Shown piece by piece: positions 58,043-64,000 of a stretch of 64,000 nucleotides of DNA; positions within the stretch are counted from its first letter, which is position 1; every line of letters starts with the position of its first letter. Origin of the DNA: Methanomicrobia archaeon (GTDB lineage: Archaea > Halobacteriota > Bog-38 > Methanoflorentales > Methanoflorentaceae); the NCBI GenBank assembly GCA_015660915.1, contig JACTTZ010000006.1:16370-80369 (forward strand). Direction: 5' to 3'. A model generated the notes under the pieces. It saw only the letters and a list, made by a program, of their open reading frames with translations. It ran no database searches and was not told where the DNA came from. The position numbers and the translations under genes are program-made.

Positions 58043-58369
58043 TCAGACATCATATCCTGTGGCCGAATTGTACTGCTCTCTTATGCGCTTCGCAGTATCG
58101 CCGGGCACTCTCTCCTCCAGCAGGTTTAGAAACATCCCGGCAGCCTCTGGGGAGATGCACAGCAGGCACTCCGAGCCGTCCAGGATGCGGTCGGCCAGAT
58201 ACTTGAGGTCGTCTGTTGAGAGCCTCTTCAGCCGGTCCTGTAAATCCTCATCGTCGGCTGCAAAATGCATGGAGACCGGTGGCAGGATGGAGCGGTAATG
58301 GGTGGGTATACTCGCCTCCGGGGCAAGCTTCCTTAAGATCTCCTCATCCTTCTCATTGAGCTTTCTCAC
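58043..58369 (-). CDS. Hypothetical protein
   Basis: 108-aa ORF with plausible composition. Confidence 0.6.
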   Translation of the reverse strand: MRKLNEKDEEILRKLAPEASIPTHYRSILPPVSMHFAADDEDLQDRLKRLSTDDLKYLADRILDGSECLLCISPEAAGMFLNLLEERVPGDTAKRIREQYNSATGYDV

Positions 58370-58709
58370 GTACGTCCACCAGAAAGGGAGTTACCATTCT
58401 CGTAGTAATATCTTGCGACGCCCTATGGGCCGATCGCAGTTCCTTTGCTGCCTACGCCAAGATTTCGATGCATAAAAACTGGATAACGTCTACCTGCGGC
58501 TTAACATATTGCGAACCGCTTATCCCTCCAATGCTTCATATACGCATCATAAACGTGTTTAGGCAGCGGACGCTTGCAATGCGCCCACTCAACTCGATCT
58601 GGAGCTGCTGTCGGAGCCTGCATTAGGCTCCTTTTATGAACAAGCAATAACTGGAGCCGTGGATGTTTTATCTCAGCTAGTAATTACGTTTTAGGCGAGT
58701 TGCTTCACC

Positions 58710-58952
58710 TCATTTCATAAATGTAAGCCGATGTTCAACAAACGTGCGTGTCGACGTAACCCCTTGAATGAGCCGTATGTCATCAACCGCTTGGTTCAAT
58801 TCGGAAATTTCGTTCACTTCGATGATGATGATATAATCAACCTCTCCAAAAACATGCACAACTCTTGTAACGCCACTAATCTTCGCTAGTTCCTGCCACA
58901 CTTCGTATTCTGCGCCACGAACAACATTCATCATTGTGAAACCAATTATCAT
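58710..58952 (-). CDS. Stand-alone Lrp/AsnC ligand-binding domain
   Basis: VFGEVDYI, IRLIQGVTSTRT. Confidence 0.85.
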   Translation of the reverse strand: MIIGFTMMNVVRGAEYEVWQELAKISGVTRVVHVFGEVDYIIIIEVNEISELNQAVDDIRLIQGVTSTRTFVEHRLTFMK

Positions 58953-59299
58953 TGACTAACCCCCCTTTGTAATCATCGCCAACACCAACATATCTTTTTC
59001 AGTTTTTTTCACACAACAAAGAGCCGGTAACTAAGCCGTTTAAGATGATTCTTTCAAATCTATTTGAATTCTACGTCTATCTAACGTTGCCTATATTCAT
59101 CAAAACATGCTCCGGCTATAGGTGTTTGTAGCCTTCTAATCGATATGCTCGCGCTGCGCGTTAGTCGATGTAATCAATTTCAGATAGCGGTGTTTTCGCC
59201 TACATCAGGCAAAGAACAGTAGTTTAAAAATGAAGAACTAGGCACCTGTTAGGGTAATAAAGGACTTTAGACCATCTTGATCCAAGGAGAACGAATCCT

Positions 59300-59764
59300 A
59301 TGGACAAAATGATTCTGATCGAGTTTCCATTCAGAAAGACAGGAATCCCCGCAACCCTCCTTATCCAAGAAGAACCAGAAATGTGCGAGATGCTGTGGGA
59401 TCTTTTAGGCCAACCGATGAAGATGATATGCCACCACACATTGTCCACAGGAGACTTTTTCCACGGTTGTGGCCGGCCTCCGAAACATCCAATTGCCACA
59501 GGTTCGCAGGCCACTCCCCTCGGAAAGAAACGGCTTCTTCTAAGCCAACTGAAGCCAGGCTCCGTCGTGTACATGGGAGGACACGACATTGCGATTGCCT
59601 ACGGACCCGATATGACCGAGCCTTTAGTGGCGAGAGGGCCGGTCGTGGCACGAGTCCCTAAAGAGTTTCTCGGAGAGCTCTATGAGGCAGGGAGGGAGAT
59701 CTGGAACGCCCAATTCATCACGCACCAACTGCAGACGATCACTCTAAAGAGACAGGATGTGTAA
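59300..59764 (+). CDS. DUF3830-like (cyclophilin-like fold) protein
   Basis: A.L...P..C..LWD.L, H...G, IAYGP. Confidence 0.6.
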   Translation: MDKMILIEFPFRKTGIPATLLIQEEPEMCEMLWDLLGQPMKMICHHTLSTGDFFHGCGRPPKHPIATGSQATPLGKKRLLLSQLKPGSVVYMGGHDIAIAYGPDMTEPLVARGPVVARVPKEFLGELYEAGREIWNAQFITHQLQTITLKRQDV

Positions 59765-59767
59765 GTT

Positions 59768-60328
59768 GTGGCTAAACACTGGCGAGAAGTGAAAAACGAA
59801 ATCGAGGAGGAAATAGACCGAATATGGTGGCAGGAACCTGAGGAGGTCAAGATGAGCAGACTTGGGATATTTCCAAGTGGGGCCGGGACAGACGGTCAGG
59901 TGTTGGGGAACCTTTTGTTCCTTGTCTCGGACACTCAGGCCTTGGGATGGTGGACGATCGAGCCTGCGATCCGATCCGCGATCGCAGATCCTCTCTTTAC
60001 TCTTGAGCACTGCAAGAGAATGTGGAAGTACTTGACGGTGCACATGGCTAAGCTCTTGGGCGGTACCGACCCTCCTAAATGCCCTGCTCCATGGTTAAAT
60101 TTGCCCAAGCTTGTCGAGCTTTGTAATGACATTGTGGACTCCTTGGATACTGTTGAAACAAAGGAGGAGTTTGCCGACCTCATCTGGAGCTGGGAAAATT
60201 ACGTGAACAGACTGAACAAGTGGTTCTCCCTCGTGTTCCCCTGGCACCTCGGGCTTGGTTTCCCAAGGAGAGGACAAGAAGAGATAAACGAGATGGTTCG
60301 TCTGTCTCGTATCTGGGAAAAACAGTGA
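59768..60328 (+). CDS. Cucumopine-synthase C-terminal helical-bundle-like protein
   Basis: RIW..EPEE..G..PSGAG..GQ, YVNRLN.W..FPW.LG. Confidence 0.55.
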   Translation: MAKHWREVKNEIEEEIDRIWWQEPEEVKMSRLGIFPSGAGTDGQVLGNLLFLVSDTQALGWWTIEPAIRSAIADPLFTLEHCKRMWKYLTVHMAKLLGGTDPPKCPAPWLNLPKLVELCNDIVDSLDTVETKEEFADLIWSWENYVNRLNKWFSLVFPWHLGLGFPRRGQEEINEMVRLSRIWEKQ

Positions 60329-60997
60329 CTATTCCCCCTCTTTGGGAGCAAGCATTACAATATACACGTCTTTCCTCAGAGGCGGGTTTCGAGCCGACGA
60401 TTGGTGCTTCGAATGCTTGGGCGCATGGCGAAGGATAATGGTTAAGTGTTGAGTACCACCTGTTCCACTATTATGCTAGCTGCAGCACGTTACCCGGGCC
60501 TTTTTTCTGATTTTGCGCCGCGCAAACACGAGCTACCTCTATCCAGTTGTGCGATTACCCCGTCAGTTCTCAGCACTCGTGGGAATGTCTTCACGAATCT
60601 ATCAAACGATATGCGAGGGGGCACTTGCCTTCCTTGTTGTTGTCGGATCGGGGGACCCAGCTATAGAGAAAAATGCTGAGAAATCAGAAAAAGCCTGCTC
60701 AAGCCCTGAATTGCCCGCCTTGACATAGCGGGCACATATTGTTGCACCACTTACACGATATCAATACCTGCTATTGCCCTCAGTGACACGTTACATAACA
60801 TCGCCTCAGCGAGGCGGGGTCACTGTGATATCGCGCCTCATTGTGCTGTTGATGTCGCTGCGAATGAACATAGCTCACAAAGCCACGTTCGGGTAGGAAA
60901 GGCCCGCAGATAGTTCACAAAGGCGGAAACATAGAAACTCATCGAGAGCGTTTTTCCGCAAACGTGGTGTGGTTGTCTCTCTTCTGAAACAAGCAGC

Positions 60998-61225
60998 TTA
61001 ATAGGAGGTGTCTTGCACCACGTTAAAAACGCCAGGACTCGCACCCCTGAGCTTCTTGTGTAGTTGGGCCCTGGCCCTCCTTTGTGCTTTGCTTTCTAGA
61101 ATGCGGTTTCGTTCTTTTTCTGAGTAGGTTGCGAGTGGCCTGTGATAATCCTGATAGTCCCTCGATCTTGTTCCCCTGCTCATTTGTTTGACCTTTAGCC
61201 TTATGGGCAAGTGTTCGCTAGCCAC
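60998..61225 (-). CDS. Small basic hypothetical protein
   Basis: 75-aa ORF, GGGAG RBS. Confidence 0.4.
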   Translation of the reverse strand: MASEHLPIRLKVKQMSRGTRSRDYQDYHRPLATYSEKERNRILESKAQRRARAQLHKKLRGASPGVFNVVQDTSY

Positions 61226-61524
61226 TTTTACTCCCTACATGAATAAAATATGCTCCGTCTCTGTTCTGAAGATCTGCGGCTAGCAATTTCCTTTCGATCA
61301 AACCTGATTGACTAAGTACTTTTCATGACGTTCTTCTTCCCGAAGAGAGCTTATTTTTTGGTTGGCTAGTTTTTCAAGGATCTCCCTAAAATAACCAGCG
61401 GCATCTAAGCATTGTGTCCGCCCAGTGCTGCATATAGGCGTCATACACGTGATCAGGCAGCGGATGTCGATAATTGCTCATTCAAGGGACTCGCGTGACG
61501 CTTAGCCCGGGGCCGCCTCGCCGA

Positions 61525-61989
61525 TCAAGGATGCTCGAAGATAGCGCCAGTCGTGTCCGAGCCCGTCATATCAGCCCCCGTAAGGTCGGCGCCGATACAG
61601 GTCGCCTCACTGAGGTCAGCCTTGACAAGCTTAGCGCCCCGCAACGCAGCGTTGGTGAGGTTCGCCTTGGTGAGGTTAGCGCCAGAAAGGTCGGCCTCGT
61701 TGACTTCAGCCTCGGTAAGATCCGCCTTGATAAGGGTTACTCGCGTAAGGTCAGCCTCTTCAAGGTCAGCCTCTTCAAGGTCAGCCTCGGTCAGGTCAGC
61801 CGCGTGAAGGCTAGCTTGGGTGAGGTCAGCTCCGGTAAGGTCGGCTTTGATAAGATCCGCTTCGGTGAGGTCGGCTCCGGTAAGGTAAGCCCCACTGAGA
61901 TCTGGCCGTATCTCCGGATGCGCCGCTCTCCATTGGTTCCAGACCGGTACTCCCTGCAGGAGCATTTGGACATGGGATTGGTTTGCCAT
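61525..61989 (-). CDS. Pentapeptide-repeat protein
   Basis: WNQWR start, (A-D/N-L-x-x)n repeats. Confidence 0.92.
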   Translation of the reverse strand: MANQSHVQMLLQGVPVWNQWRAAHPEIRPDLSGAYLTGADLTEADLIKADLTGADLTQASLHAADLTEADLEEADLEEADLTRVTLIKADLTEAEVNEADLSGANLTKANLTNAALRGAKLVKADLSEATCIGADLTGADMTGSDTTGAIFEHP

Positions 61990-62425
61990 GGTAAGTCTTG
62001 CCTCTGCTCGATTGTGCAAGAGAGTGCGCATTTGTGAGATATAGCTCTGTCCTTCAGGTTATTACCCGTGACTCAACAACACTGCGCGTAATTATGCTTC
62101 CAATTGCGCGGGCAGTAAAAGCAAACAACAAAAAACGACAAACTAATAATGCGGACTTTTCTTGCAAGATTCGCGTAATAGCGATGTAAGCGCAGATTGC
62201 CGGAAGTGCGACCCCTAACTAAAAAAAGAGTCGTGACGCTCACAAAAAGGGGGACGTATAAGGGGTTTGCTATTTTATTAATGAAATAAAAAAATATCGC
62301 AGTTCCAGTGTGATTCTCTTCAGGCAGGCCCAAGCTATGATAGCCAGCGTGTTTCTCCTTCGTGATCTGTTTTTTCCTTGCCTATGCCTTATTACCTTCC
62401 GTGCGCTACTTAGTTTGATGATACT

Positions 62426-63118
62426 ATGACCGACGAAAAGAAAGAGAACAGAATCGCCAGGGAAGAACGACGCAAGCATCCCTTCGAGGGAATCGTTACG
62501 CCCGAGGTGCTCGAACGGGGGCACCACTGGATCACCGTCCAGCTGAGGAACGTCTCAACGGAGCCCCTCGTCGACGTAAGGGCGACGCTGTATACCTATA
62601 ACACGCACAATCTCGACGTTTTGCCAAGCGGCTCTTTTCATTTCGTGAAAGAGTTGCGCCCTCACGACATGGCAGCGCTCAATTTTCACGTTTTTGCGAA
62701 CCACACTGGATGGGTCTATCTGCATGTCACGGCGTACCGCGACGGTGCTTACGTGAGCTGGTACTCTCCCTATTATGAGGTTCGACTCATTGAAGATCCC
62801 GCCGAGATCCGGACCTTTTTCGTGAATCGGCCCTACTGGGCGTATGAAGAAACAATCGAGACGGAGACGGTAGTCCACGCCCACCGCGACGTGTCAAATC
62901 TACGGCTCGAAATCGCCGCAACTCCCCCGTCAAAATCCCACACGCTCATGGACGTGATCGATATCGACTTCACCGCAGAAGGCGACACGAAGCGATTCGT
63001 AAGCGAGCTCTACGCGAGTGAAGAAGGCGTGTACCACCTCACAGCGCGCCTTTTTCACGAACAGAAGCTCATTAGTAGCAAGCTGGCATCCTGCTACGTG
63101 ACGCCCCTTGAAGAGTGA
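62426..63118 (+). CDS. Hypothetical beta-rich protein
   Basis: 230-aa ORF. Confidence 0.6.
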   Translation: MTDEKKENRIAREERRKHPFEGIVTPEVLERGHHWITVQLRNVSTEPLVDVRATLYTYNTHNLDVLPSGSFHFVKELRPHDMAALNFHVFANHTGWVYLHVTAYRDGAYVSWYSPYYEVRLIEDPAEIRTFFVNRPYWAYEETIETETVVHAHRDVSNLRLEIAATPPSKSHTLMDVIDIDFTAEGDTKRFVSELYASEEGVYHLTARLFHEQKLISSKLASCYVTPLEE

Positions 63119-63385
63119 ATCTGCGTCTCGTCGGTGGGGCTGCAGTTTGTGTAGGGTCGCGCCCAGCGGATGTTAGAGGGGGACGCGTGAAAAGTCTGTC
63201 TGTTAACCAGCAGCACGATTGCTAGATCGGAGATGGCAGGCGCCCCCACCATTGCACCCTTCATCCCTCAAAGTTTGGCTGGTCATACTTGGTGCGGGGC
63301 TGTGATGGGAGTCGTGATTGCCGAGTTTGCGTTCAGGGCGATTCGGCGATTGAGAGCTAGCCGCGCGTGGCTCACCACTGAGTTT

Positions 63386-63649
63386 TCACAGGCGGCTCGT
63401 ATCCTCTTCAGCTTCGAGCATTTCCATCAAGGGCTTCTTTAGGACGAGCACCCGCCTTCCAACTCTTGTGGCCCGCAGTTCGCCGTCCCGCACCATCCGG
63501 TAAGCGGTCGTCCGGCTCACGCCGATAAGGCGTGCAGCGTGCTCAACGGACAAGGTCAGTGCCTCGTCTTTATGGTGTTCTTTGGTCTTGTTCACAGCTA
63601 CGAAAAAGGCGCTGAGCCAAATATATATTTCGCCCTTCCACGGGGTCAC
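63386..63649 (-). CDS. Excisionase-family (HTH_17) DNA-binding protein
   Basis: LSVEHAARLIGVSRTTAYRMVRDGELRATRVGRR. Confidence 0.8.
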   Translation of the reverse strand: MTPWKGEIYIWLSAFFVAVNKTKEHHKDEALTLSVEHAARLIGVSRTTAYRMVRDGELRATRVGRRVLVLKKPLMEMLEAEEDTSRL

Positions 63650-63758
63650 TTCTCCCGATGCAACTTATGCAGTTCAGCTGTTACGAAAGGAGATTCTATA
63701 GTGTTAGGCTCGGCAAAGCTACTTAATCATTCAAGAAGAATTCTAAGCGGTGATATCA

Positions 63759-64000
63759 TTGGCTGAAAAGGAACGCACCTTTGTCGCACCGAATGCATTT
63801 TTCTATCACGATGCGAAAAACTACACGATCGACGTGGAACTACCCGGCGCAGACAAGAAGGACATTAAAGTTGAAGCGGGGGAGAACGGGTTTTGTCTCT
63901 CGGCACCTCGAGAAGATATCGAATACGCCGGCTGCTGGGCACTCTCTCATTCCATCAATCCGGAAGGGGCAACGGCCACGTTCAAAAATGGCCTTCTGAG
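63759..64000 (+). CDS. Hsp20/alpha-crystallin protein (3' truncated; different frame from the ORF-track call)
   Basis: GGTGA RBS, TTG start; MAEKERTF...DVELPGADKKDI...ATATFKNGLL. Confidence 0.82.
   Translation, partial: MAEKERTFVAPNAFFYHDAKNYTIDVELPGADKKDIKVEAGENGFCLSAPREDIEYAGCWALSHSINPEGATATFKNGLL

Noticed and set aside
61560-61900. 15-bp periodic repeats
   Set aside because: Explained by the pentapeptide-repeat protein.
63386-63649. Excisionase-like gene as a provirus edge
   Set aside because: No integrase, att site or viral genes visible.
63781-63999. ORF-track 72-aa ORF
   Set aside because: The frame starting at 63759 gives a clear Hsp20 sequence.

Overview
Archaeal chromosomal segment; gene content (SepCysS, NrpR, ArcTGT/ArcS/RaSEA, an intron-containing tRNA) points to a Halobacteriota/Methanomicrobia-like host, which is inference. 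Most of the window is housekeeping: leuS (partial), nrpR-glnA, hsr1-cdc48-hsp20, elp3, hom, serB, glyA, an archaeosine operon, a tRNA-dependent cysteine cluster and three tRNAs. The standout is a family of cargo-carrying transposons with a SWIM-zinc-finger/DDE transposase, IS903-like GGCTTTGT ends and 9-bp target duplications. They are stacked in tandem at two independent loci (about 10.3-12.1 kb and 43.2-53.8 kb). At both loci the shared target site ends exactly 7 bp upstream of a TTATATA TATA box, suggesting promoter-anchored insertion that builds arrays of defence-type cargo. An 86-bp mini-element has exactly the size expected if a full element collapsed between its internal direct repeats. 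All family assignments are by eye; no database searches were run.
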